DNA of 64,000 bases from Thermodesulfobacteriota bacterium (lineage in GTDB: Bacteria; Desulfobacterota_D; UBA1144; Nemesobacterales; UBA2774), in the NCBI GenBank assembly GCA_963422265.1, contig OY729416.1:192001-256000 (forward strand). Reading direction: 5' to 3'. Made by a program: the position numbers and the translations under genes. How positions within the stretch are numbered: position 1 is the stretch's first letter; the number at the start of each line of letters is the position of its first letter. The notes under the pieces are model-generated. The model made no database searches and was not told the origin of the DNA. It saw only the letters and a list, made by a program, of their open reading frames with translations. Positions 1 through 10,048 of this stretch are shown here, in pieces.

Positions 1-2
1 AG

Positions 3-2432
3 AAACGCGGCGTAATTATATGTCCTCCCGGACTTATTGGGGATGCAAGCAGAGATAGTGGTTGGAAGAAATACGTTGAAGACTTTCGTCTTTACGAGTG
101 GGAAGTTCGCTCGCTTGGCGATCTGGAAAACACTTTAGAATTTGTTAAAAAAGCCAAAGATATTGAAGTTGTCATCGTTGATGAGGCGCACCGTTTTAGA
201 AATCAGGATACGAAGGGATATGAGCTTCTCAAAAATATCTGTCGTGAGAAGCAGGTTATATTACTAACGGCTACTCCATTTAACAATAGGCCAGGAGACA
301 TTCTTTCACTTCTAAAACTTTTTATAAATCCTAAAAAATCTTCTATTACTTTAGACGGCAATCTGGTTAATCAATTTAGAGTATTTAAGGAGATTTTTGA
401 TAGGATTGCCTACATAAAAAAACACTGCAATTCCCCTGACTCTTCTAAAAGAAAGAAAGCGGAAAACTACTATAAGTCTTTATTTGAAGAAGAAGCGGTG
501 AATCTAAATAAAGTAGCGCGGCGCGCTCGTTATTTGTCAAAGCAAATTAGGGATGTAATTGAGCCTGTTACCATAAGGCGCAACCGCTTAGATTTGCGGA
601 ATAACCCTCTTTATAAAAATGAAGTAGAAAAATTCTCGAAGGTGGCTGACCCTATAGAATGGTTTTTTGAACTGAGTAGTGAGCAGTCGGAGTTTTACTC
701 AAGAATAATTGAACATTATTTTGGGGATCCGGAGGGTGGCAGGCGATTCAAAGGGGCGATTTATCGACCATTTGAATATGAGATAGACGTTGAAAAAGAT
801 ATAGGCGAAGGTAATAACCGGCAATTACAGCAACAGCGCAACTTATTTGATTTTATGCGACGGTTGCTTGTAAAGCGTTTTGAGAGTTCCTTTGGTTCGT
901 TTAAGCAGAGTATCAAAAACTTTAAGAAAATTACAGAGAGCTGTAAGAAATTCATTGATAAAACAGGTGAGTATATTCTTGACCGCGCCCTTTTGGAAAA
1001 AATCTATGAATTAGACCTTGAGGAGATTGAAGAACGCCTGCTTGATTATGAAGAAAAAATAAACAGGGACGAATATCCGAAAAATCATAAACGCTATAAG
1101 TTAAAGAATTTTAAGCGTAGGGATGAGTTTATATCTGATTTAGAGTCCGATCTTGACTTATTTGATGAAATTCTAAAAATGCTCTCAACGCTGGATTTAG
1201 TCCAAAGCGACCCCAAGATGTCTTGCCTAATACAGAATATAAAAAGAGAGCTAAAGAAAAAGCCGAAGGCAGGAGAACCAAAGCGGAAAATTATCATTTT
1301 CTCTGAATACGTTGATACGGTGCGTTATTTGAGTAAGGCGATTAAGGAGGAATTTGGAAGCAGGACGCTAGTAGTAGATGGACCCTTGTTTAATTCAGGG
1401 ATCAAGCAAATAAATGAAAACTTCGACGCGTCTTATCCTAAGCAAAAGGAAGATTATGATATCCTACTTAGCTCCGATAAAATTTCTGAGGGCTTTAATC
1501 TCAACCGTGCTGGTATGGTGATTAACTACGATATTCCATGGAATCCCGTCCGGGTCATCCAGAGATTGGGAAGAATTAATCGTATCAGCAAAAGAGTGTT
1601 TGATGAGCTTTTCATCATCAACTTTTTCCCAACCGAAAGAGGGGCTAAGCACGTGCGATCTCGTGAAATAGCTACCGATAAGATGCTTCTAATTCATGCC
1701 GCGCTTGGAGAAGATTCCAAGATTTTTGATATTGACGAGGAGCCTTCCCCATCTGGCTTGTTTAACAGAATTCAGCAAAATCCAGATAGTAGGGAAGAGG
1801 AAAGTTTCTATACTAAAGCTCTCAGAAGGTTTTTGAAGATTAAGGACAATCATCCAGAATTGATTAAAAATCTAGATGGCTATCCGCCACGAATTAAGGT
1901 AGCCAAAAAACATAGTGAAAATGAGCTTTTGGTTTTCTTTAAGAAGGTCCGCTTATACGTAACGGCTGCTAGTACCGACGTAGAAAACCTTAAACCGTAT
2001 TATATGGATTTTGAAGATGCGTTTGACAAGATTGTCTGCACGAACGATGAAGAAGGGATAGACTGGAATACGGATCAATTCTGGAGGGCTTATCAAAGGA
2101 TCAAGGAGTTTAAGGATTACTCTTCGAGATCAAATAGCGAGCAGAGTTTGGAGCAAAAAGCTCTAAACAATCTCGACTTTCTTGCCAGAAGTGATAAAGA
2201 AGAACTGATGCCTCTTAAAGACTTCCTACGCACTCTAAGGGATGATATTGCTTATTACGGCACGCTTTCAGATTATACTATGCGCCGAATAGCCAATTTC
2301 AAAGAGAATTCTAGTGAAGACGTTAAGAAGCTGATGGATGAGTTAGGCAAAGATTATTTGCTCAGAGAAAAAAGCCGTGAAAAAGCCCAGAAAAGAGAAG
2401 TCATTATAGCTATTGAGAATAAAAAAGCATGA
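3..2432 (+). CDS. SF2 (SNF2-like) helicase of a restriction-modification-type defence operon, 5'-truncated by the window edge
   Basis: The frame of ORF 498..2432 is open back to base 3 (KRGVIICPPGL...VVIVDEAHRFRN...LLTATPFNN = motifs II and III). It has a C-terminal helicase domain (IIIFSEYVDT, SEGFNL, YDIPWNPVRVIQRLGRINR) and an ATGA overlap with the methyltransferase. Confidence 0.85.
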   Translation, partial: KRGVIICPPGLIGDASRDSGWKKYVEDFRLYEWEVRSLGDLENTLEFVKKAKDIEVVIVDEAHRFRNQDTKGYELLKNICREKQVILLTATPFNNRPGDILSLLKLFINPKKSSITLDGNLVNQFRVFKEIFDRIAYIKKHCNSPDSSKRKKAENYYKSLFEEEAVNLNKVARRARYLSKQIRDVIEPVTIRRNRLDLRNNPLYKNEVEKFSKVADPIEWFFELSSEQSEFYSRIIEHYFGDPEGGRRFKGAIYRPFEYEIDVEKDIGEGNNRQLQQQRNLFDFMRRLLVKRFESSFGSFKQSIKNFKKITESCKKFIDKTGEYILDRALLEKIYELDLEEIEERLLDYEEKINRDEYPKNHKRYKLKNFKRRDEFISDLESDLDLFDEILKMLSTLDLVQSDPKMSCLIQNIKRELKKKPKAGEPKRKIIIFSEYVDTVRYLSKAIKEEFGSRTLVVDGPLFNSGIKQINENFDASYPKQKEDYDILLSSDKISEGFNLNRAGMVINYDIPWNPVRVIQRLGRINRISKRVFDELFIINFFPTERGAKHVRSREIATDKMLLIHAALGEDSKIFDIDEEPSPSGLFNRIQQNPDSREEESFYTKALRRFLKIKDNHPELIKNLDGYPPRIKVAKKHSENELLVFFKKVRLYVTAASTDVENLKPYYMDFEDAFDKIVCTNDEEGIDWNTDQFWRAYQRIKEFKDYSSRSNSEQSLEQKALNNLDFLARSDKEELMPLKDFLRTLRDDIAYYGTLSDYTMRRIANFKENSSEDVKKLMDELGKDYLLREKSREKAQKREVIIAIENKKA

Positions 2433-5400
2433 GCGAAGCCTTACGACGTTTAGAGTCAATAATTCATGGTGATAGCTTCTCGGTCGAGGACTTCAATCTC
2501 TTTTTTCGGGAGAAAAGCAGGGACTACATACAACTAGATCAGCGTTGCTCTAACTATGAAGATGAGGAGTTCAAAGACATTGTTAAACTCGGCAAGATTA
2601 AATTTCCTGATGGAGATAGCCGCCTTATCTGCTTCTCTATAAAAGTCCTAAACAATCTCACCGAGCGCGCGGGCAAGAAGAAACAATATGAGAAAGCCAA
2701 AAGGATATTGAAATCAGATGAAGGTGGAATGAACTCAACTGGTATATTCATTTTTTACGATTCAGGCGGTAGCTTCCGATTTTCCCTTATTTATTCAGAA
2801 TCGTTTGGAACAAGAAATAAGTGGAGCAATTTTCGCCGATTTACGTATTTCGTTGACAAAAGCCTAACTAACAAAACCTTTAAGCATCAAATCGGTGAAG
2901 GCGATTTCTCAACTCTAGAGGCAATCAAAGACGCCTTCTCAGTTGAGAAGGTTACCAAGGAATTCTATCAAGCAATTGCTAACTGGTATTTCTGGGTGGT
3001 TGGACTATCTCAATTTCCCAAGGATGCGGAGGCGGAAGAGGGCGGGCGCAATATCTCTATTATTAGGCTTATAACGCGGATAATTTTCATCTGGTTTATG
3101 CGCGAGCGGGGATTGGTGTCCAAAGACTTATTTGATAAGACATCTATAAAACAGATTCTAAAACACTTTGATCCACTTGATTCAGAAGACTCTAATTACT
3201 ATAAAGCTATTCTACAGAATCTGTTTTTCGCTACGCTTAGTGCTAAAAAAGAAGAACGCAAGTTCAGAACAGAGCAACGAGGGTATAAAGGCTATAATCG
3301 TCACTTTGGCTATAAATACGTCTTCCGTTATCACGCGCTCTTCAAAAATCCTGATAAGATAAAAGACATATTTGATGATACTCCTTTCCTAAACGGCGGG
3401 CTTTTTGAGTGCTTGGATGATAGAAAGAAAGACGTTTTCATTGATGGTTTTACAGACGTTAAAAAACATCAGCCTACCGTGCCAAACCTGCTTTTCTTTA
3501 GTGATGAGAAGGCGGTAGATCTAAATAAGTTTTATGGCACGAAAAACAAAACTCACAAAGTGCGAGGGCTTCTTAATACCCTTTCCTCGTTTAATTTTAC
3601 TATAGATGAGAACACGCCGGATGATCAAGACGTTGCACTTGATCCAGAGCTACTAGGACGAGTCTTTGAAAATCTACTCGCCAGTTTTAACCCGCAGACC
3701 TCCACGACTGCCCGCAAAGCTACGGGAAGCTATTATACGCCTAGAAAAATTGTGGATTACATGGTTACCGAATCACTCAAGGCTTACTTAAAAACTAGTC
3801 TCGAGAATGAGGGTATAGAAGACGTAGATGGCAAACTTAAGAGTTTATTCATTGTGGACAACGAGGAAAATCCTTTTGACGAACGGCAATCAAGGAAGCT
3901 AGTTGATTTGATTGAAAGCGTCAGAATCGTTGATCCTGCCGTTGGTTCAGGCGCGTTTCCAATGGGAGTGCTTAATAAGCTGGTGTTTATTCTCAATAAG
4001 GTTGATCCGGATAACAAGTTATGGAAGTCGGCTCAACTCAAGGTGGTGGATGCTATATCTGATCCTAGCGCGAGGCGGAAAGCTAGGGAGAGCATAGAGA
4101 AGTTTTTTGAAGGGAAGAACGCCGATTATGGTAGAAAGTTGTATTTGATCCAACGGTGTATTTACGGTGTTGATATTCAGCAAATTGCGGTTGAGATTGC
4201 CAAACTCCGATTTTTTATATCTCTTCTGGTTGATGAAAGGATTGATAAGGATTCTTATAACCATGGCATAGAACCCTTGCCAAACCTAGATTTCAAGATT
4301 ATGCAGGGGAATAGCCTGATTGAACTTATTTCCTATACCATTACAAAAGACAGGGAAAGAGATGAAATAGTTAGAGAACTGAAAAAGCTGAAAGATGAAT
4401 TGTTTAGCATTGCCTTACCAGAAGCGAAGCGTAACAAGCGAGATGAAATAGAAAGATTGACTGAAAAACTCTTTGAACGGGATAGGAGTAAAAAGATAGA
4501 AGAATATGAACTAGAAATAAAGGCAATAGAGGCACAGGATGGGCTATTTGAGGATAGTGGAGCTAGAAGGAGACAGAAAGAGAATGAGAAAAAGATAAAT
4601 GAATACAAATTGAAAATTGAAAGGATTAGAAATCTACAAGTTCTGGGACCTGCAGATCACTTTGAATGGCATATCTACTTTTCTGAGGTCTTTCAAGAAA
4701 ACGAGGGGTTTGACATAGTAATAGGCAACCCGCCTTATGGCGTCAAAATCAGCCAGGCTAATCTGAAAGCTATCAAAGCAAATATTCGCGATACGAAAAA
4801 TACCAACAGCGCGGCACTGTTTGCTGACTATGCAAAAAACCGTTTCATTAACAAAGATGGAGTGGTGTCCCTGATTGTTCCCAAGTCTTTGTTGTTTTCA
4901 GAAAGATGGCTGGATTTGGCGTTTGGATTACTGCCTAAAACAGTAGTGCTGGTGGATGTTGAAAAGGCATTTGAGAGGGTCAAGCTGGAGCAGGTGGTAC
5001 TCATTTGGTCAGCCAAGTGTAATGACAACTTTTATATCGGGCGTAAGTTTCTCAACAATACTTTTATGCAAACGACCCAAATCAATAGAAAATATCCGAA
5101 AAAGTTTCAGGCGTGGATATGTTCTGTGTCAGAAGTGGAAATTGCTCTGGGCAGTAAGATCTCCAGCATTGGGACATTCCTCCGCAAGGTTTCAAAGACC
5201 AGCAGAGGTTTGGCAATACAGAAAGACCTTGCGCCGACCGGTGATATACCCGTGCTTGGAGGCAAAGAGATTAGGCGCTACGCCATCCGTGGCATAAAAG
5301 GCTATATCAGCCGTGAACATCTAGACATGAACAGCCGCAAGGTTCAGTTCTTGCTTCAGCCGAAAGTGATTTCTCAGAGACTTGTGGCTCATATTCAGAA

Positions 5401-5806
5401 TCCTCAGCTTCATGTCAAAATAATTTCTACGGTTGATAAAGTTGGCGATATATTGAGTGTTGATACGGTGGAAAACACGGTTATTACAGATGAAATTTTT
5501 AGTCCGGTTTTTATCTCGTCTCTTTTTAATTCAGTGCTCATAAACTGGTACGCTTACAGATTTATTTTTTGTTCCGCAATTAGAACTATGGATTTCGATA
5601 ATTACTATGTAGGCAAGATTCCTGTTCCCATTGTTATGACTGAACAGCAAGCACCGATCATCGCCCTGGCAACGGATATTCTCGCTGCCAAAGCCGCCGA
5701 CCCGAATGCGGACACTACCGCTTTGGAAGGGGAAGTTGATCGGCTGATCTATGGGTTATACGGACTGACGGAGGAGGAAATAGCGGTGGTAGAGAAACGC
5801 GAATGA
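2429..5806 (+). CDS. Eco57I/type IIG-like N6-adenine DNA methyltransferase with C-terminal target-recognition (TaqI_C-like) domain
   Basis: 1125 aa with GSYYTP, motif I DPAVGSGAF, motif IV GNPPY, PFLNGGLF and the C-terminal IDRLIYGLYGLTEEEI-type tail. Confidence 0.9.
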   Translation: MSEALRRLESIIHGDSFSVEDFNLFFREKSRDYIQLDQRCSNYEDEEFKDIVKLGKIKFPDGDSRLICFSIKVLNNLTERAGKKKQYEKAKRILKSDEGGMNSTGIFIFYDSGGSFRFSLIYSESFGTRNKWSNFRRFTYFVDKSLTNKTFKHQIGEGDFSTLEAIKDAFSVEKVTKEFYQAIANWYFWVVGLSQFPKDAEAEEGGRNISIIRLITRIIFIWFMRERGLVSKDLFDKTSIKQILKHFDPLDSEDSNYYKAILQNLFFATLSAKKEERKFRTEQRGYKGYNRHFGYKYVFRYHALFKNPDKIKDIFDDTPFLNGGLFECLDDRKKDVFIDGFTDVKKHQPTVPNLLFFSDEKAVDLNKFYGTKNKTHKVRGLLNTLSSFNFTIDENTPDDQDVALDPELLGRVFENLLASFNPQTSTTARKATGSYYTPRKIVDYMVTESLKAYLKTSLENEGIEDVDGKLKSLFIVDNEENPFDERQSRKLVDLIESVRIVDPAVGSGAFPMGVLNKLVFILNKVDPDNKLWKSAQLKVVDAISDPSARRKARESIEKFFEGKNADYGRKLYLIQRCIYGVDIQQIAVEIAKLRFFISLLVDERIDKDSYNHGIEPLPNLDFKIMQGNSLIELISYTITKDRERDEIVRELKKLKDELFSIALPEAKRNKRDEIERLTEKLFERDRSKKIEEYELEIKAIEAQDGLFEDSGARRRQKENEKKINEYKLKIERIRNLQVLGPADHFEWHIYFSEVFQENEGFDIVIGNPPYGVKISQANLKAIKANIRDTKNTNSAALFADYAKNRFINKDGVVSLIVPKSLLFSERWLDLAFGLLPKTVVLVDVEKAFERVKLEQVVLIWSAKCNDNFYIGRKFLNNTFMQTTQINRKYPKKFQAWICSVSEVEIALGSKISSIGTFLRKVSKTSRGLAIQKDLAPTGDIPVLGGKEIRRYAIRGIKGYISREHLDMNSRKVQFLLQPKVISQRLVAHIQNPQLHVKIISTVDKVGDILSVDTVENTVITDEIFSPVFISSLFNSVLINWYAYRFIFCSAIRTMDFDNYYVGKIPVPIVMTEQQAPIIALATDILAAKAADPNADTTALEGEVDRLIYGLYGLTEEEIAVVEKRE

Positions 5807-6786
5807 AATCCCCTTGTAAAGAACTACTTGACCGGGCGATAGCCACAACCGTTGCTGCCATCGATATTTACAATAAGCCGGACTTTCTTTATCGGGCGGA
5901 AACCTTTTCCATTCTGGCAATCAATGGTTGGGAACTGCTTCTGAAAGCGAAGTGGCTCAGTGAGCATGACGACAAAATTCGCTCTATTTATATGACGGAA
6001 CCCGCGAAGAAAGACGGGACAAAAAGCGAGCACAATCAATCGGAAATCAAACGCACTCGTTCGGGGAATCCGATTACGCACAGCTTATACTACCTCGCGA
6101 AAAAGCTTGTTGAACAGAAGCATTTGAGCCAAACGGCAATGGGTAATATAGAAGCATTGCTTGAATTGCGTAATTCTTCCGTTCATTTTTACAATCAATC
6201 CGACACAGCATTAGCGTCCCGACTTCAAGGAATAGGTGCCGCTAGTCTCAAAAACTTCGTTTTAGCCGTGAGAGGGTGGTTTGATCGTGACTTGAGCGAA
6301 TTTAATTTTTACCTGATGCCCCTGTCGTTCGTGTGTCTGCCTCAACAGATGGACGCCATTGTCTTCAAAGAAGAAGAGCAGAATTTCCTGAGATATCTGA
6401 AACAGCTTGAGGAGATGACAGATGAGGAAGATTCTGGATACGCTGTCACGCTCAACATTGACGTGAGGTTTACGCGTTCCAAGTCAAAGGACGTTCCCGA
6501 GGTTCGTCCTACGAAAAATCCTGATGCGCCCGAGGTTCGCCTGACGGAAGAACAGATTCGGGAACAATACCCTTGGGACTACGACAAACTGATAAAAGAG
6601 TGTGTTGAGCGATATGCAAATTTCAAGTGCAACCCCGAATTCCACGACATCAAAAGGAGGCTACTTGAAGAGGATAGGTTTTGCCATGTCCGCTACCTTA
6701 ACCCCTACAATAAAAAGAGTTCAAATAAGAAGTTCTATAAAGCCAACATCCTGCAGGAGTTAGATAAGCATTACTCGCGGAAATAA
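5803..6786 (+). CDS. DUF3644-like HEPN-domain protein, putative RNase effector
   Basis: The N-terminus AIDIYNKPDFLYRAETFSILAINGWELLLKA is typical of DUF3644. It has an Rx4H motif (RNSSVH) and an ATGA overlap with the upstream gene. Confidence 0.75.
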   Translation: MKSPCKELLDRAIATTVAAIDIYNKPDFLYRAETFSILAINGWELLLKAKWLSEHDDKIRSIYMTEPAKKDGTKSEHNQSEIKRTRSGNPITHSLYYLAKKLVEQKHLSQTAMGNIEALLELRNSSVHFYNQSDTALASRLQGIGAASLKNFVLAVRGWFDRDLSEFNFYLMPLSFVCLPQQMDAIVFKEEEQNFLRYLKQLEEMTDEEDSGYAVTLNIDVRFTRSKSKDVPEVRPTKNPDAPEVRLTEEQIREQYPWDYDKLIKECVERYANFKCNPEFHDIKRRLLEEDRFCHVRYLNPYNKKSSNKKFYKANILQELDKHYSRK

Positions 6787-6928
6787 CTTGTCTGTGGGCG
6801 TCATATACTGAATGACAGCCAGCAGGTGCTGGCAAGCAAAAATCTCAGCGATTGAAAGAGCACATTGACGGATGATGAGATTCTGCAATGGACTTATCAC
6901 TTCCATTCAATTTAACAAGTTGCTCTCT

Positions 6929-6949
6929 CCTTCGACAAACTCAGGACAG
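6929..6949 (+). repeat. REP-like short interspersed repeat (CCTTCGACAAACTCAGGACAG family)
   Basis: Intergenic copy. Degenerate relatives occur at 11908, 35101, 35716 (minus) and 52698. Confidence 0.6.
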
Positions 6950-7102
6950 CACAACACAACTAGCTCACTGACCAATCAGGACACCGCTTCCTTGTTTTTC
7001 ATAAGGACATGCTTTTGAGTGGAAGAGGCAATATGTTGAACAAGTGTACATTCTCAAATTTCCATAGCGGAGCAAATACCTTTTATCCCTAAACCGTGTA
7101 TA

Positions 7103-7963
7103 ATGGAAAACCAATCAGAGATGAGCGCTAATAGAAAGAATTACTTTAAGATAATTTTGCTGGTTTTTTCCGCCTTAGGCGTTGTATTATCAATTTACTT
7201 AACCTATCTCCATTACGCTCAGCTTGCAGCTTTATTTTGTGAGGAAGGTTCTGGCTGTGACGTCGTTAGGCAGAGTGGCTATTCAATCCTTCTGGGCGTT
7301 CCCATTGCGGTTTTAGGAATAGTTGGCTACCTCTCCATTTTCATATTTACGATTATTTCCTTTCCTAAGGGTAAATCGTGGCTTTCGCTATACCTGGCAT
7401 CGCTTGCGGGATTTGTTTTTTCTGCGTATCTAACTTACCTTGAGGTTTTCGTCATAGATGCGATTTGCCTTTACTGTATAATCTCGGCGCTTATAATGAC
7501 GGTGATTTTCATTGCGGCACTTTTAGCGAAAGCCGAGCTTTATCCAAAATTGTCAATGCTCAAAACATCCGTTCTAAGTATAGTTGTCACTGTTGTCATA
7601 ATTACAGGCTCAATGGCTTTCCAGTCGGATCATACGATAAGAATTGACCCTGCAAGTATTAGCGCTAACAGCTTTCAACTGGGGCTGGCTAGGCATCTCG
7701 GCAAACAGCGAGCCGTGATGTATGGGTCGTTTAGGTGTGCTCATTGTATTCAACAAAAGGATCTTTTTGGGGATGCTTTTGTTTACGTCAAATACGTGGA
7801 ATGTCATCCAGATGGTCAAGATTCCAACCCATCTCTGTGTTTAGAAAAGGGAATAAGGAGTTACCCCACTTGGGAGATTAAAGGTAGATACTACAAGGGA
7901 ATTCAATCTTTAGAGAAGTTATCCGCTATATCTAGGTATATGGGGGAAGGGTATAGTGGCTAA
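7103..7963 (+). CDS. VKOR-family disulfide-bond formation protein fused to a thioredoxin-like domain
   Basis: Transmembrane VKOR domain with loop cysteines (CEEGSGC) and CLYC, followed by a Trx-like domain with CAHC and YPTWEI. Confidence 0.88.
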   Translation: MENQSEMSANRKNYFKIILLVFSALGVVLSIYLTYLHYAQLAALFCEEGSGCDVVRQSGYSILLGVPIAVLGIVGYLSIFIFTIISFPKGKSWLSLYLASLAGFVFSAYLTYLEVFVIDAICLYCIISALIMTVIFIAALLAKAELYPKLSMLKTSVLSIVVTVVIITGSMAFQSDHTIRIDPASISANSFQLGLARHLGKQRAVMYGSFRCAHCIQQKDLFGDAFVYVKYVECHPDGQDSNPSLCLEKGIRSYPTWEIKGRYYKGIQSLEKLSAISRYMGEGYSG

Positions 7964-7994
7964 TTAACGAAGCCTTTCATTTTGCCTATGCTTG

Positions 7995-8684
7995 TTACTG
8001 TCTTCTACCGCATTCCTTGACAAATTCAGAGAATATTAGCCTAGATACCTCTGTATCTTCAAGTTCAGGGTGCCACTGAACTCCTAATACGAATGCTTTG
8101 CCTTCGGACTCAATTCCTTCAACTATACCGTCCTTTGTCTCCGCGCATAGTTTGAGTCCTTTTCCGATTTGCTTGACGGACTGGTGATGATAGCTTTTGG
8201 CTGAGAACCCATCAGCGCCTACGATTGTTGAAAGGAGGGTGTTTTTTAAGACGTTTATACGATGGGTCGCTCCGTTTTCATGGGGCAGCGCCTCTGGGAT
8301 ATAAGCCTTTATGTCTTGAAATAGGGATCCACCGAAGAAAACGTTGATTAGTTGCATACCACCGCAGATACCCATTACTGGAATGCTACTTTTTACCGCT
8401 AAGTTGAGTGCTGAAAACTCAAACTCCGTCCGCTCTAAGCTCATGGGTTTTAATCTAGGGTGAGGCTCCTCGTTGTAGAACTTAGGGTCCATATCCCTGG
8501 AGCCGGGAAGTAATAATCCGTCAATACTGCCTATGGTATCTGTAAGAAAATAAGAGTTTCCCGCCATTGATGGAATAAGGAATGGTATTCCTCCAGATTC
8601 CACTAAAGAGCGCGCGTAATTTTCCTCGATTGAGAAGCACCCGTCTTTTACATCTGTAGTAATTCCTATTATGGGTTTCTTCAC
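7995..8684 (-). CDS. Gamma-glutamyl-gamma-aminobutyrate hydrolase family (peptidase C26) glutamine amidotransferase
   Basis: KPIIGIT, GICGGMQ nucleophile elbow, SYHHQ, GVQWHPE. Confidence 0.9.
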   Translation of the reverse strand: MKKPIIGITTDVKDGCFSIEENYARSLVESGGIPFLIPSMAGNSYFLTDTIGSIDGLLLPGSRDMDPKFYNEEPHPRLKPMSLERTEFEFSALNLAVKSSIPVMGICGGMQLINVFFGGSLFQDIKAYIPEALPHENGATHRINVLKNTLLSTIVGADGFSAKSYHHQSVKQIGKGLKLCAETKDGIVEGIESEGKAFVLGVQWHPELEDTEVSRLIFSEFVKECGRRQ

Positions 8685-9532
8685 ATAACCATTTCTTCTA
8701 ATCTTCTGATCCTTTCCTCCATTGGTGGATGGGTGCTGAATAGTGAAGCGAGACCTTTTCCAGTAAGGGGGCTAGCTATAAGCATGTGAGACGTGCTATC
8801 TGCCACTTGCTCGCTTACCCTTAGGGGGACGCGTCCTGAATAAGCACCCAGCTTTCTAAGCGCATTGGCTAGATAAAAGGGGTGTCCGCATATCTCAGCC
8901 CCAACTTTATCAGCTCCGTATTCTCTCGTTCTGGAAATAGCCAGCCTAATCACCGTAGCTGCGATTGGCGCTACTATAGCCATTGCAATTAGCGCAAGTG
9001 GGCTTCCGCCCCTGTCTCTTCCTCCACCCCCTCCGAATATAGCGGCGAACTGAGCCATATAGGCAAGGTAAGTAATAGCCGTAGCGAGCGTTGCCGCAAT
9101 AGAACCAATTAGGATGTCTCTGTTTTTAATATGAGCTAGCTCGTGAGCGAGCACGCCCTTTAGCTCTTCACGGCTTAGGAGACTCAATATGCCCTGCGTG
9201 ACGGCGACCGCCGCGTGTTGGGGATCCCTTCCCGTAGCAAAGGCGTTTGGTTGCTCCTGTGGCGTTATATAAACCTTAGGCATTGGGAGTCCCGCCTTTT
9301 GCACAAGCTCCTGAACGTCTGAGTATAGCTCGGGAGAATCTTTATAAGTGACCTCTTTTCCCTTATATAGTGAGAGCACGATTTTATCGCTCCACCAGTA
9401 GCTTGTGAAGTTCATTACGAGTGCTATTACGAGCGCAATAGTGGCGCCACCCTGCCCGCCGAAGTACGCCCCAATAGCGAGCAATATCCCTGACATGCTC
9501 GCAAGCAAGATAAGGCTTTTAATGGTGTTCAT
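8681..9532 (-). CDS. htpX: Zinc metalloprotease HtpX
   Basis: PNAFATGR, HELAH, SRTREYGAD, STHPP. Confidence 0.95.
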   Translation of the reverse strand: MNTIKSLILLASMSGILLAIGAYFGGQGGATIALVIALVMNFTSYWWSDKIVLSLYKGKEVTYKDSPELYSDVQELVQKAGLPMPKVYITPQEQPNAFATGRDPQHAAVAVTQGILSLLSREELKGVLAHELAHIKNRDILIGSIAATLATAITYLAYMAQFAAIFGGGGGRDRGGSPLALIAMAIVAPIAATVIRLAISRTREYGADKVGAEICGHPFYLANALRKLGAYSGRVPLRVSEQVADSTSHMLIASPLTGKGLASLFSTHPPMEERIRRLEEMVM

Positions 9533-9677
9533 CTTTTATTTCTCCTCTTAATACAAGTATATATGGAAATCAAATACATAATTGGTAAGCTAGTGTTGTT
9601 CACTGAATTATCTGGTGAGAATATAACGCTTTCGAGCCCAAAATTCAAGAGCCGTTCAGCGGCGCTTAGTGAATTGC

Positions 9678-9720
9678 GAGGGAATTTGAGGGAATTATTG
9701 AGGGAATTTGAGGGAATTAT
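9678..9720. repeat. 22-bp tandem duplication containing four GAGGGAATT units
   Basis: gagggaatttgagggaattatt followed by gagggaatttgagggaattat, directly upstream of ORF 9724. Confidence 0.85.
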
Positions 9721-9723
9721 GGT

Positions 9724-10020
9724 ATGAATAGCCTAATAATATGGACGCTAGCAGGAGCTTTTATAAACGTTACGGTGCTTACTAGAGTAGCGCAGTATCT
9801 ACTAAGAAAGACCAGCCTTCGGGATAAGAAAAGGGCTATAGTTGTCTTTATTATAGTCGGAATTATTGATTTGTTGGGACTAACCTTGTTTTTTAAGAGC
9901 GTTAGTGTTGGTATTCAATTTATGATTTTCTATTACCTACCTTTTTTGTTGATGTGGTTGTTAAAGGATTTTATGGAGGCATCAAGAAAAAAAGCGCCGC
10001 GGGACGCACGCCCTCAGTAA
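9724..10020 (+). CDS. Hypothetical small membrane protein (about 3 TM)
   Basis: 98-aa hydrophobic ORF filling the gap before purC. Confidence 0.65.
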   Translation: MNSLIIWTLAGAFINVTVLTRVAQYLLRKTSLRDKKRAIVVFIIVGIIDLLGLTLFFKSVSVGIQFMIFYYLPFLLMWLLKDFMEASRKKAPRDARPQ

Positions 10021-10048
10021 AAAGGGCTTTGGTAAAGCGAGGCATATT

